Source: an uncultured bacterium (GTDB lineage: Bacteria > Patescibacteriota > Patescibacteriia > UBA9570 > XYC2-FULL-38-9). Taken from it: a stretch of 64,000 nt of DNA. The position numbers were made by a program, and so were the translations under genes. The DNA is taken from NCBI GenBank assembly GCA_937996685.1, contig CALKUP010000015.1, positions 7,900 through 71,899 of the forward strand, read 5' to 3'. Of the stretch, positions 29,780 through 39,515 are shown piece by piece. The notes below the pieces were generated by a model. That model worked only from the letters and a program-made list of their open reading frames with translations. It was not told the DNA's origin and ran no database searches. The number at the start of each line of letters is the position of its first letter. The stretch's first letter is position 1.

Positions 29780-30036
29780 TCATCTATTCTCTACGCTATG
29801 CAAAAACCCTCATCTACTGAGGGTTTTTTCTTTTCCACTAACATAAGACAAAAAACCTGGACAAATTCACTGATATGCGCTATAAACGGTTCATTTATTA
29901 CTGCTCTTTCTCGGATCTATACGAGATTCACATTCGGCAATTGCAGATTTATAGAAAGTCGATTTATATCGATCTGCAGTTGCTGAATCACTCAGCACTG
30001 GCGCGCCCATCCCGGGTTGCGCAAGGGAGGTAGACC

Positions 30037-30279
30037 ATGGAACGATGGCTCTTCTCCGGGGCTGCCGTGAGCGCACTCGCGCTCTGGCTGTCCCACTCCT
30101 GCCCTGGCGGCGTGACTGGCCTTCTGGTCACGCTTCTCGTCTCGGAGATCGGCGCTTTTGGCGTCAGCCTCCTTCCTTGGACCGACACGGAGCGTGAAGA
30201 CGCCGTGACCGGCCTCCGCAAGGTTGGGCGAATCTCCGCCCTGCCTTTCCTCCTCGCAAGAGGGTGGAGCCAGTCCTGA
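30037..30279 (+). CDS. small hydrophobic protein, cassette D
   Basis: GGGAGGT SD; GC-rich; long leader hairpin 29932..29988. Confidence 0.65.
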   Translation: MERWLFSGAAVSALALWLSHSCPGGVTGLLVTLLVSEIGAFGVSLLPWTDTEREDAVTGLRKVGRISALPFLLARGWSQS

Positions 30280-30357
30280 TCCGACTGGTGCGTTCTGTGA
30301 GGAAATCCTCGCCTGGCCACTGTGAAAACAGTGTGTTGGTCGAGGTTGTTTTTTTAT

Positions 30358-31845
30358 CTAAAACAATGTGCCACTTGTTATCCCTGGCGCCCACTGTGCA
30401 ATATACGCCTCAAGATCAAACTTTTTTTTGAGACCTGACTGCGCCATAAACCGAACCGTTCCAAACACCTCGCGATCAAACCACGGCCGATCATGCACCC
30501 CGCCAATGGACCATGCAATGCCAACATATCCATTCGGATCACGTCCATCGAGTGAATATCGATCATTGAGCACAATCGCCCATTTCTGCGCTTGCTCTGG
30601 ATCTTTCGTCCACTCAAGTATTTTTTTTGCCCAATACATTCGCATATAGCCGTGCATTTTCCCTGTCCGAACCATTTGCAGTTGCGCCGCATTCCACGCC
30701 GGATCATGCGTCTTGCCCTGTTCAAATTCTTTCAGTGTATATAGATATTCTCGCTGATCTGTTCGATGCGCATTCAAGGTCTGCTGCGCCCACTCTGGAA
30801 AACCAGCAAACGAATCGTAGTGCGGTTGATAGAAACAATAATTATCCGACAGCTCGCGGCGCACAATCAGCTCTTCCAAAAACGCTGCAGCAGAATCCGC
30901 AAGCGACATCTGCTTCGACTGCTTTTCTCGTGACGCAGCGTTTGCTCGCGCATCAAACAATCGATTGACTGACGCGCCAGATACTGCAATCACTGACAGC
31001 GCGACACGTTGCGGTGCAATCATTCCATAATGTAGATACGGCGACAGATCTGATTGCCCATCAATTGTCGGATCATTGCGGTCGATGCCATATTCTTTCA
31101 ACCTCTCGATAAACACCTCAAGTTGTTTGTGCGCAGCAGACTCTCCGGAAGCCACGGCAATCTCAGCATCAATCGCGTGTGGCTTCGGCCCTGCTTTTTC
31201 AAGTGTCTTCCATTTTGGTGCGTGCGGTTGCGGATGGACATCTGCAATCAAACGCTGCTGTTTTGGCGAGTGCACTTCTGGAAAATCGGTTAAAAAATCC
31301 GGCAATCGCTTGTGAATCTTTGGTCTGATGGTGCGCGCTGCCCATTCTTGTTTATCAGACGTCTCCCACACCGGGACGATATTGTGCGCATCCACTTCAA
31401 TCAGCGAAAGGTTCGGCAACGCTTTCATCAACGCCACATTCCACTGTCGTTGAATCTTCAATGGATTACAATCAACCACGACTGTTTGCACATCCCATTT
31501 CTTAAGCAGCGTAGCCATATCAGCTTCTGCGTCATCACCCGCTGTCACCATCAGCGGAATATGGTGTTTATGCAACGCCACTTCAACGCTCTGCAGTCCT
31601 TCAAGCTTGAAGCGATACTGTCGTGCCCCACCACCAAGATACTCCGACTTCAAATTATACATCACAACAAGGGGTAGTTGCTGCTCCTGCGCCACCTCAA
31701 TCGCCGTCAGCAAACTCCAATTATCCTGCACCCGCATCTCTCGAGTCATCCAATACACCACAACTTGTGGCTGTGCACTTGCGACAGCTGCGCCTGCTTG
31801 CAACACACGCTGGCGTCGTTTGTCAGTCTTTGTGATATTCGTCAT
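30358..31845 (-). CDS. phr: class II CPD DNA photolyase
   Basis: YWM.RE.R..DNW, SPYLHYG, GKMHGYMRMYWAKK, DGRDPNG. Confidence 0.93.
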   Translation of the reverse strand: MTNITKTDKRRQRVLQAGAAVASAQPQVVVYWMTREMRVQDNWSLLTAIEVAQEQQLPLVVMYNLKSEYLGGGARQYRFKLEGLQSVEVALHKHHIPLMVTAGDDAEADMATLLKKWDVQTVVVDCNPLKIQRQWNVALMKALPNLSLIEVDAHNIVPVWETSDKQEWAARTIRPKIHKRLPDFLTDFPEVHSPKQQRLIADVHPQPHAPKWKTLEKAGPKPHAIDAEIAVASGESAAHKQLEVFIERLKEYGIDRNDPTIDGQSDLSPYLHYGMIAPQRVALSVIAVSGASVNRLFDARANAASREKQSKQMSLADSAAAFLEELIVRRELSDNYCFYQPHYDSFAGFPEWAQQTLNAHRTDQREYLYTLKEFEQGKTHDPAWNAAQLQMVRTGKMHGYMRMYWAKKILEWTKDPEQAQKWAIVLNDRYSLDGRDPNGYVGIAWSIGGVHDRPWFDREVFGTVRFMAQSGLKKKFDLEAYIAQWAPGITSGTLF

Positions 31846-31879
31846 ACTGTGAGTATAAAACAATCATTCGCTTTTTCCT

Positions 31880-32458
31880 ATGCTTCTCACTCTCACCCAA
31901 TTCACCGTATTAGTCTGCTACGTCTTTATCGTTGGCGTTATCTTAGCAATTCTGGAAATTCAAATTGAAGGGCGTGACGGCTGGGCCGCAAAACTTCCTG
32001 CCTGGAAACCTAAAAAAAACAGCCGGACTGCGAAAATCACCTATGCCCTGACACGCAAAGATATGACCGGATATCACCTCTCACTCTTCACCCTGTTGTT
32101 ATTCTTTTTTCATTTACCGTTTGTCTGGAATTGGACATGGAACTGGCAGCAAGAAATTCAAGTTCTCGCATTCTTTTTTGTCTTTGCCGTCATTTGGGAC
32201 TTCCTCTGGTTTGTCTTAAACCCGCATTATGCACTGCGCGATTTTGGACCAGAAGCAGTCTGGTGGCATCGCACATGGCTGTTGAAACTGCCGCTTGATT
32301 ATTGGATGGGATATCTCTGCGCGGCAATCCTCTATCTCCCACTCATCTGGAAATTCGGCAACGTCGCACTAATGCAACTCACAATCTTACTCGGCCTCAA
32401 CCTTCTGCTGACGACAATCACAATTATGCTCTACCCACACCGCAATGGAAAACAATAA
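31880..32458 (+). CDS. conserved hypothetical membrane protein
   Basis: LEIQIEG..GWA..LP, TGYH, DFLWFVLNP. Confidence 0.75.
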   Translation: MLLTLTQFTVLVCYVFIVGVILAILEIQIEGRDGWAAKLPAWKPKKNSRTAKITYALTRKDMTGYHLSLFTLLLFFFHLPFVWNWTWNWQQEIQVLAFFFVFAVIWDFLWFVLNPHYALRDFGPEAVWWHRTWLLKLPLDYWMGYLCAAILYLPLIWKFGNVALMQLTILLGLNLLLTTITIMLYPHRNGKQ

Positions 32459-33074
32459 CGACATCATTCACAACATCACCGCCCGCGTCGAAACAGCAAT
32501 GACCGGCGAAGGAACCGGCCACGACTGGCGACATGTACAGCGCGTGGTGAAACTCGCTCAATGGATCGCTGCTCGTGAAAACGCTGACTTCTACATTGTC
32601 ACACTCGCTGCGCTGCTCCACGATATTGCCGACCACAAATTTCACAATGGCGACCGCGAGATTGGCCCACGCATTGCCCGAGACATTATTCTCAGCGAAG
32701 GTGGAGACGACACAACAGCGGATATCGTTTCTGACATTATTGCACGCGTGTCATTTAGTGGATCTGGCGGGCAGAAAAACATGCAATCTATCGAAGGAAT
32801 GTGCGTTCAAGACGCTGATCGACTCGATGCGATGGGCGCGATTGGGATTGCTCGTGCGTTTGCCTATGGCGGCGCAAAAGGGCGCTTGCTCTATGAAGAA
32901 CAAAGTCCTGACTCCAGCCTTGCCCACTTCGACGACAAGCTCCTCTTACTGAAAGACTTAATGAATACAGCAACCGGCCGCGCTATTGCTGAACAGCGCC
33001 ATGCTGTGCTACACAATTACAAACAACAATTCCTCGCTGAATGGAATGGAACAGATTATGAATCACTCACTTGA
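32445..33074 (+). CDS. HD-domain phosphohydrolase (YedJ-like)
   Basis: HDWRH, LLHDIAD, VQDADRLDA.GAIG. Confidence 0.9.
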   Translation: MENNNDIIHNITARVETAMTGEGTGHDWRHVQRVVKLAQWIAARENADFYIVTLAALLHDIADHKFHNGDREIGPRIARDIILSEGGDDTTADIVSDIIARVSFSGSGGQKNMQSIEGMCVQDADRLDAMGAIGIARAFAYGGAKGRLLYEEQSPDSSLAHFDDKLLLLKDLMNTATGRAIAEQRHAVLHNYKQQFLAEWNGTDYESLT

Positions 33075-33915
33075 ACAACTGTGCATGCGCAATGGCGAGC
33101 TCATTTCTGCCGCTGACGCAGTGCTCCCAGTCGCAAATACAGAACTTGAATATGGTTTCGGGGTGTATGAAACCATTCGGATTGAAAATGGCATTGCGTA
33201 TTTTACTGCGCAGCATATTGATCGACTCTTCTATTCTGCGAATCACATCGGACTTGCACATCAATTTTCACAACAGCAAATCACTGAGCAGCTGAATACA
33301 TTTATTACTCAGGCTATTGCAGTCGCTCAAACCTGCAATATCAAAATCTTGTTTCTCGGCGCGGCAGACCCTGCTGATACACAACTCTATTTCTTTGCAT
33401 CTGCTCCACTCTTTGTTGACCGTAAGCTCTATAAAACCGGCTGTCATACTATAACGCACGCCTATGAACGGCCGTTTCCACAAGCCAAAACTCTCGCAAT
33501 GCTCGGCAGTTATTTGGCCTATCGAGAAGCGAAAAAAGCGGGAGCGTATGACGCCTTACTGCTCAATCGCAACAACGAAATTACTGAAGGCACCCGCACC
33601 AATTTTTTTGCTGTCAAAGGAAAAACCCTCTATCACCCACCGCAAAAAGAGATCCTTGAAGGAGTGACAAAACTTGTTCTGCAAGATATTGCGATTCAAC
33701 ATGGTTGGTCTATTATTGAGCACGAAATTTTGCATTCAGATATCAGCTCATACGACGGTGCATTCTTGACCAGCACCAGCACAAAAGTCTTACCTATTCA
33801 ATCGATCAATAACTTTTCATTTGAAACTATTGCTCCGGGTGTGCTCGAGCTTTCAACACTGTATCGTGAATACTGGACACACAGTCAGGGAATCCACAGA
33901 CAATCCGCTCTATAG
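33058..33915 (+). CDS. aminotransferase class IV (IlvE/PabC-like)
   Basis: YGFGVYET, H..RL, EG...N.F, ILEGVT. Confidence 0.9.
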   Translation: MNHSLEQLCMRNGELISAADAVLPVANTELEYGFGVYETIRIENGIAYFTAQHIDRLFYSANHIGLAHQFSQQQITEQLNTFITQAIAVAQTCNIKILFLGAADPADTQLYFFASAPLFVDRKLYKTGCHTITHAYERPFPQAKTLAMLGSYLAYREAKKAGAYDALLLNRNNEITEGTRTNFFAVKGKTLYHPPQKEILEGVTKLVLQDIAIQHGWSIIEHEILHSDISSYDGAFLTSTSTKVLPIQSINNFSFETIAPGVLELSTLYREYWTHSQGIHRQSAL

Positions 33916-33984
33916 TGTTTATTCTCTGTGGATAACACTAGATGTAGTAATTAAAAAACTATGTTATAGTGCTTGTACTATCGT

Positions 33985-34105
33985 TCTTTGCTCGAAGTTT
34001 GTCACCTTCTTTGCAACGGAAGTCTAGGTGTGATCCCTAGCGCTGACCCGCAACTGTAATATCGCCTTCACCAGAAGCGCGAATAAGCCAGGTCCAGTTC
34101 AAAGA
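33985..34105 (+). ncRNA. cobalamin riboswitch-like element
   Basis: AACGGAAG, CTAGG-TGTGATC-CCTAG T-loop arm, GCTGACCCGCAACTGTAA, AAGCCAG; closing TCTTTG/CAAAGA; TGnTATAGT promoter at 33962..33970. Confidence 0.75.
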
Positions 34106-34249
34106 TTTTTCTGACGTTTCTCGTGGAATAGAAACAGCGTATGTGAATATTTTTGATATTCCGGCTGTGCCCGGTTTTTTTGTTGCCAAAATTCGTTGAT
34201 GCCGCCACATTGACAAATCTTCGGAGCAAACAAACCAGGAGGTGCTCCT

Positions 34250-34753
34250 ATGAGGATGACGCGTAGAGAATTTTTGAGCGGACTGAGTTGCGCCGTGATT
34301 GCTGGCAGTATTGCGACCACCACTGGTTGCACTATCACCGGAAAGACGACTGAAGACCTTGTCATTCCAGGCGCACTGATCGCGAACGGAACGACCATCG
34401 AGAACGACACTCTTGCAGACCTCTTGGAGTGGTTGATTAAAACCGATGAGTTCACTCGCATTCGAGGACTCGTTGTCGCTGAATGTCCAGAACTCGAGAG
34501 CATTGAAAATCTGGGCGAACACACGCGACTGCCCGCAGGACTCGAAATCACCTTCCGGTACGTTCAGGCGATGAAGATTGTCCGAGGAGACAACCTCTCT
34601 GGCCAGACGGTCGGCGACATCCGCCGTGAACACAACGCAAACGTGATCATCGTCAACAACGGCAATGCCCTGGAACTCAATGATGCGGAGCCGGTCTACT
34701 CTGACGACTGGATCGTCATCAATCCTGGAGAATCAAGTCGCAATAGTACCTGA
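34250..34753 (+). CDS. twin-arginine-signal putative lipoprotein with degenerate LysM-like repeats, cassette E
   Basis: TRREFL, TTGC lipobox-like, NDTLAD and RGDNLS; AGGAGGTG SD. Confidence 0.7.
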   Translation: MRMTRREFLSGLSCAVIAGSIATTTGCTITGKTTEDLVIPGALIANGTTIENDTLADLLEWLIKTDEFTRIRGLVVAECPELESIENLGEHTRLPAGLEITFRYVQAMKIVRGDNLSGQTVGDIRREHNANVIIVNNGNALELNDAEPVYSDDWIVINPGESSRNST

Positions 34754-34908
34754 CGCAAACAACACCACCAGCACAATGGTTCAACAATCTCGAGAATGAG
34801 AGCGTGAATTTGAGTGCTGGTTATTTTTTTGACAGCACAGTGTTTTCTTTTTTTATTATAAATATCCGATTCATTGACAATCAAGCGCTATTTACGTACA
34901 ACTGATAC

Positions 34909-35331
34909 ATGACATTGCCAGAAATCATGGACAATTTGCGCGGCGACGGATATCGCTTAACGGTTTCACGGAAAGCCTTGCTTGAAATTCTCTACTCTGC
35001 CGACACTCCACTGTCTGCACAAGAACTCCTTGCAGCACTCACAAAGAAAAAAATCACCGTGAACAAAACAACTGTCTATCGAGAGCTTGATTTTTTGCAT
35101 GACAAAGAATTGATTGAAGAAGTGCAGTTCGGAAAAGAATCAATGAAACGCTATGAATTCGCACTTGGCACACACCACCATCACATTCAATGCATGAACT
35201 GTGGAACCGTCGCTGATGTTGATATGCCTGATGAGCTCAAAAGTGCCAGCGCTCTGATTCGCAAACAGACTGGTTTTCGCGTTCTTGAACATTCATTAGA
35301 GTTTTCTGGACTCTGCGATAATTGTCAGTAA
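34909..35331 (+). CDS. Fur-family regulator (Zur-like)
   Basis: TTVYR.L, HHHH..C..CG, G.C..C; upstream of ZnuA. Confidence 0.92.
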   Translation: MTLPEIMDNLRGDGYRLTVSRKALLEILYSADTPLSAQELLAALTKKKITVNKTTVYRELDFLHDKELIEEVQFGKESMKRYEFALGTHHHHIQCMNCGTVADVDMPDELKSASALIRKQTGFRVLEHSLEFSGLCDNCQ

Positions 35332-35392
35332 TAGAGACCACTGATTCTTTCTTCCGTGTGGTTATCCACATTTTTTTATAGGCCGTTCTTGC

Positions 35393-35413
35393 AAATGCAA
35401 CTGAGTTGCGTTA
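35393..35413 (+). promoter_or_regulatory. Fur/Zur-type operator overlapping znuA promoter
   Basis: ATGCAACT-G-AGTTGCGT palindrome between TTGCAA (-35) and TAGTCT (-10). Confidence 0.65.
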
Positions 35414-35454
35414 GTCTGTGAACATCTGAATCCTATCTTCCCTCTATTCATCAT

Positions 35455-36438
35455 ATGAAAAAACTACTCCTGTCTCTACTTCTCCTCGCCTTTGTCGGCA
35501 CTGCAATTTTTATTACCGTATCACGCAAGCCTGATCCTGTTATCCCATCAAACCCAAACACTGTAACGGTCGTGACAAGCAACATGACAATTGCAGCATT
35601 TGCAAAAGACGTTGCCGGCGACAGCGCCACTGTCACAAGCCTTGCAAAGCCCGGCATCGAAGTGCACGACTTTGAGCCAACACCGAAACAAATCGCAAGC
35701 CTGTCAGATGCCGACCTCTTCATTATCAACGGCGCTGGACTTGAGCCATGGGCTGAAAAAATCATCCCAGATCTTCAAAAAAATGGCGTGACTGTTGTGC
35801 GCTTATCTGATTCGGTTACATTACGCAAGGCAGATAAAACATCTGACGAACATGGTCATGATGAAACTGAGACATCTGATTCACACGGACATGACGAAGC
35901 TGAAATGTCTGACCCACATTTTTGGCTCAGTCCGGTTGTAATGCAAAAAGGCATTACCGCTATTGCTGAAGGATTACGCAGTGTAGAACCAACAAACGCT
36001 GACCAATACACCAAAAACGCAGCGACGGTGAATACAGAGCTCGCAAACCTTGATGCAGAATATCGCAAAAATCTCGCTCCAGAACGCTGCCAATTAGATA
36101 CTATTATTGCCGCGCATGATGCGTATGGATATCTTGCAGCGGAATACGGTTTCACTATTGAAGCAATTTCCGGCATCTCTCCTGAAGAAGAACCGTCCGC
36201 CGCTCGATTATCTGAACTTGCAGAATTGGTTAAAAAAACTGGCATCAAACACATTTTCTTTGAAAGCCTCACGAGTCCAAAACTCGCTGAAACAATTGCC
36301 AAAGAAACGGGAGCAACAACGCTCGAACTCAATCCATTGGAAGGTTTTTCAGAAGAGGATATCGCAAACAAAAAAACATACATTTCTATCGCCAAGGACA
36401 ATCTCGCAAACCTGAAAACTGCCATGCAGTGCCAATAG
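35455..36438 (+). CDS. zinc ABC transporter substrate-binding protein (ZnuA/AdcA)
   Basis: HDFEPTP, His/acid-rich loop, DPHFWLSP, HDAYGY. Confidence 0.93.
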   Translation: MKKLLLSLLLLAFVGTAIFITVSRKPDPVIPSNPNTVTVVTSNMTIAAFAKDVAGDSATVTSLAKPGIEVHDFEPTPKQIASLSDADLFIINGAGLEPWAEKIIPDLQKNGVTVVRLSDSVTLRKADKTSDEHGHDETETSDSHGHDEAEMSDPHFWLSPVVMQKGITAIAEGLRSVEPTNADQYTKNAATVNTELANLDAEYRKNLAPERCQLDTIIAAHDAYGYLAAEYGFTIEAISGISPEEEPSAARLSELAELVKKTGIKHIFFESLTSPKLAETIAKETGATTLELNPLEGFSEEDIANKKTYISIAKDNLANLKTAMQCQ

Positions 36439-36491
36439 ATCGTCAAGGAAGCAAAAGCAGTATATACTACATTTCATTACTATTGCTTTGT

Positions 36492-37592
36492 ATGAAAAAT
36501 ATCATTCTCACATCTCTATTCTGCCTGTCACTCCTTCTCCCAACAGCGACACACGCCCAAATTGCCAGCGGTGATACCGTTGAATATTTCAAAGGCGTCA
36601 TTACAGACATCCGCAACACTACTTCCCCTGCCGGCGGCAGCGAACAAACCTTCACAGTAAAATACTGTTGCGACGCAAACAAGAATGAACAATTCGCCGA
36701 AGTTAAACAAGTCAAAAGCTCGGACGATGGAGAAGAACGAGACTTTTCAAAAAACGATCGCGTTGTCATTTTGCATTTACAAAATGAATCACAGAATGCG
36801 TTTTATATTACTGAGCATTATCGCTTAAATGGCTTACTGATATTACTCGCCATCTTTGTATTGATTGCATCTATCATTGGTAGAAAAAAATCACTTGCAG
36901 CATTTGCTGGTTTAGGCTTTTCGTTTCTTGTCTTGATGTATTTTATTGTCCCGCAAATTATTCAAGGCCACAGTCCGCTGATCGTCGGCACAATTGGATC
37001 ACTCGTGATCGCGCTCATCGCAATTTTCATGGCGCACGGCATTGAAAAAAAGACCGTTCTTGCAGTTCAAGGAACGATCATTACCATTGCGCTCGCCTTT
37101 CTGTTTTCTGCCGGATCCATCTGGCTCGTCAAACTATTTGGCAAAGGATCGGAAGACGCCTTTTATGTGCAATCAGCGTTTCAGGGCGCGATCAACATGA
37201 AAGGCTTGTTGCTGATCGGTATGATTATCGGCGTCCTTGGCGTGTTAGACGACGTGACAACCGCGCTCACCGCAACGATTGAGGAAATCCACACCGCAAA
37301 CCCCGCACTTTCAAGTAAGGATCTGTTTCAAAAAGGTATGCGAGTCGGGAGAGAGCACATTGCCTCACTGATTAACACCCTTGTTCTTGCCTACGCTGGA
37401 TCATCACTTCCCCTCCTGTTATTATTTCGTGTGCAAACCCAGCCGTGGTGGGTGTCACTGAACAGCCAATTCCTTGCCGAAGAAATCACCCGTGCAATCA
37501 TCGGTAGTACTGCCTTGATTCTCGCTGTCCCAATCACCACCTTTATTGCGGCTCGCGCATACGGCCCCGAAAAGCAGTCTCTGGACAAATAA
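36492..37592 (+). CDS. YibE/F family membrane protein
   Basis: IGVLGVLDDV, GM.VGR.H...NTL.LAY.G. Confidence 0.9.
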   Translation: MKNIILTSLFCLSLLLPTATHAQIASGDTVEYFKGVITDIRNTTSPAGGSEQTFTVKYCCDANKNEQFAEVKQVKSSDDGEERDFSKNDRVVILHLQNESQNAFYITEHYRLNGLLILLAIFVLIASIIGRKKSLAAFAGLGFSFLVLMYFIVPQIIQGHSPLIVGTIGSLVIALIAIFMAHGIEKKTVLAVQGTIITIALAFLFSAGSIWLVKLFGKGSEDAFYVQSAFQGAINMKGLLLIGMIIGVLGVLDDVTTALTATIEEIHTANPALSSKDLFQKGMRVGREHIASLINTLVLAYAGSSLPLLLLFRVQTQPWWVSLNSQFLAEEITRAIIGSTALILAVPITTFIAARAYGPEKQSLDK

Positions 37593-37626
37593 TAAAAATC
37601 TGATTATAATAGCTTTCGCTAGACCT

Positions 37627-37703
37627 GTCAGGGTAGCTCAGTTGGTTAGAGCACGGGACTCATAAGCCCGGGGTCGAGAGTTCGAATCTCTCCTCTGACA
37701 CCA
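37627..37703 (+). tRNA. tRNA with CAT anticodon (elongator Met or Ile2), CCA encoded
   Basis: GTCAGGGTAGCTCAG..CTCATAA..GTTCGAATC..CTCTGACACCA; paired 1:72 so not initiator. Confidence 0.93.
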
Positions 37704-37713
37704 TATCGAAAGA

Positions 37714-39513
37714 CTACTGCCAACCGGCCACACGTGCGCCGGTTTTGTCTTTTGTGCCGAAATACACCTCTGTCATGATGGCTTTCTGTTTTGGTTGAAT
37801 TTTAAATAATCGCACCATTGACTGACCAGCGCTTGCCTGACTTGTTAAAATTTCATCTTTCCCATCGCCATTCGAATCGTAACTCGCGACATCAATCGTG
37901 CCATAAAATGACCGTGAGAATGGTTCAATAACCGTTCGGCCCTTGGTTGGATTCGCAAACGGAATCGCAATGACTCTTCCTGGTCGCCCGCCGGTCGCTG
38001 TCACTCCGACAATCACTTCATCAATACCATCTCCGTTCACATCGCCGGCTGCTACATTCGCACCCTTTGTATATTTCTTTGTGAGTACAGTAATTTTTTT
38101 CAAACGCTCACCAGACAATCGATTCACGATTGCCACTGTCGTTGTTTTGCTCGCACGGGTTGTTGTAATGATTTCATCAATCCCATCCCCGTTCACATCG
38201 CCGGCTGCTACATCCAAGCCTTCTTTTTTTGTTTTTTCAAACGGCGCGAATTCACCAATCAGTGAACCATTCATTGAAAAGACACGAACATTTTTTTGCG
38301 ACCCTGGTCCGTATGCAACAATAATTTCATCGGTTCCATCGCCGTTCACGTCGCCGGCTGCAACGCGTGCTGAAGACTGCGACTGATATGGATACGCTTG
38401 AAAGCGTGAAACACGAATCCCTTCGCTATCAAACACCGACACCATTGCATTACTACCACCGCGCACTGTCACTGTTTCTTGTGAACCATCACCATTCAAA
38501 TCACCGGTCGCAACATCACCACTTTCTTTTGATGCACTTGATTGCGGCGCTAACGTGCGCTCAATGCCACCGGATTGATAGATCACATGCGCAAGCATTC
38601 CAGTTCCACGACGCTTCAATACAACACCACCCAGCGCTGTATTCATCCGCATGTTCCGGCTCAATTTTACAATCTTACGTGTTTGATTTCCAAGCCGGTC
38701 AGTTCCAGTGATTTTTACATAACTTTTTCCATTGTCCATATTCGGCAACGCGATTGTCACACGATATGGATATGATGCGCTTTTATTATATTCCGCAACT
38801 TTTTTCCAGGTTGCTTGTGAATCTTCTGACACTTCAACGACTGTCGTATTCATTAAACTCCCTAAATCCTGTGCATCAATCGTAAATCGCAATGTGTCCC
38901 CAACAATTGAACTACTTGAAAACACTGCGCTGATTGTTGGACGGAAACGATCTTTTGTTAAACGATCAGCAATAAATCGACCTGGATCATGCCAGTACAT
39001 TTCTGTTGCCTTAGAGCGTACATGACCATAATAAATCCAGACTGCGCTGTACGCATCTTTGTGAATCCCAAAATGTAAATGTGGTGTCCAGCCGCCATTT
39101 TCTGCACTTGTTCCAAGACTCCCAACACGATCGCCCATCCGCACTACTTCTCCAACAGCCACCGGTTGATCCGATGGTTTTAAATGACCATATAACGAGA
39201 CTACCTTTGTTCCGTCAGAGAGCGTGTGTTCAATTAATACAACAAGGCCAAAAGAAGTGCGCTCTTGCACTTCTTTCACGACCCCATCACCAACTGCATA
39301 CACTGGCGCGCCAGCTCCAAGCTCTCCTCCAAGATCAACACCCATGTGATACGCGCCTGAACTCAACAAATCACCTTGTTCTGTCACAAGGTTCCAGGTC
39401 CGCATCGGATAAATAAACGTTTTTGCAACCGGAGTTGCAGCTTGTGATTGCGTCGGGAAAAACACCGACAAGAATACAAACGATAACAGAACGCGAACAA
39501 TCAACTGTTTCAT
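37714..39513 (-). CDS. M23 peptidase with C-terminal FG-GAP/VCBS repeats
   Basis: HMGVD, YGH, PHLHF; repeated VAAGDVNGDG.DEII. Confidence 0.9.
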   Translation of the reverse strand: MKQLIVRVLLSFVFLSVFFPTQSQAATPVAKTFIYPMRTWNLVTEQGDLLSSGAYHMGVDLGGELGAGAPVYAVGDGVVKEVQERTSFGLVVLIEHTLSDGTKVVSLYGHLKPSDQPVAVGEVVRMGDRVGSLGTSAENGGWTPHLHFGIHKDAYSAVWIYYGHVRSKATEMYWHDPGRFIADRLTKDRFRPTISAVFSSSSIVGDTLRFTIDAQDLGSLMNTTVVEVSEDSQATWKKVAEYNKSASYPYRVTIALPNMDNGKSYVKITGTDRLGNQTRKIVKLSRNMRMNTALGGVVLKRRGTGMLAHVIYQSGGIERTLAPQSSASKESGDVATGDLNGDGSQETVTVRGGSNAMVSVFDSEGIRVSRFQAYPYQSQSSARVAAGDVNGDGTDEIIVAYGPGSQKNVRVFSMNGSLIGEFAPFEKTKKEGLDVAAGDVNGDGIDEIITTTRASKTTTVAIVNRLSGERLKKITVLTKKYTKGANVAAGDVNGDGIDEVIVGVTATGGRPGRVIAIPFANPTKGRTVIEPFSRSFYGTIDVASYDSNGDGKDEILTSQASAGQSMVRLFKIQPKQKAIMTEVYFGTKDKTGARVAGWQ

Positions 39514-39515
39514 TA

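Noticed and set aside
34037-34633. 198-aa minus-strand ORF and many similar shadow ORFs (e.g. 11621..12241, 35856..36446, 3648..3896, 55043..55351)
   Set aside because: Antisense or overlapping to well-supported genes, tRNAs or the riboswitch, with no motifs
33927-35370. Perfect DnaA boxes at 33927 (TGTGGATAA) and 35362 (TTATCCACA) as oriC
   Set aside because: Too few and too far apart; no dnaA/dnaN or DUE nearby
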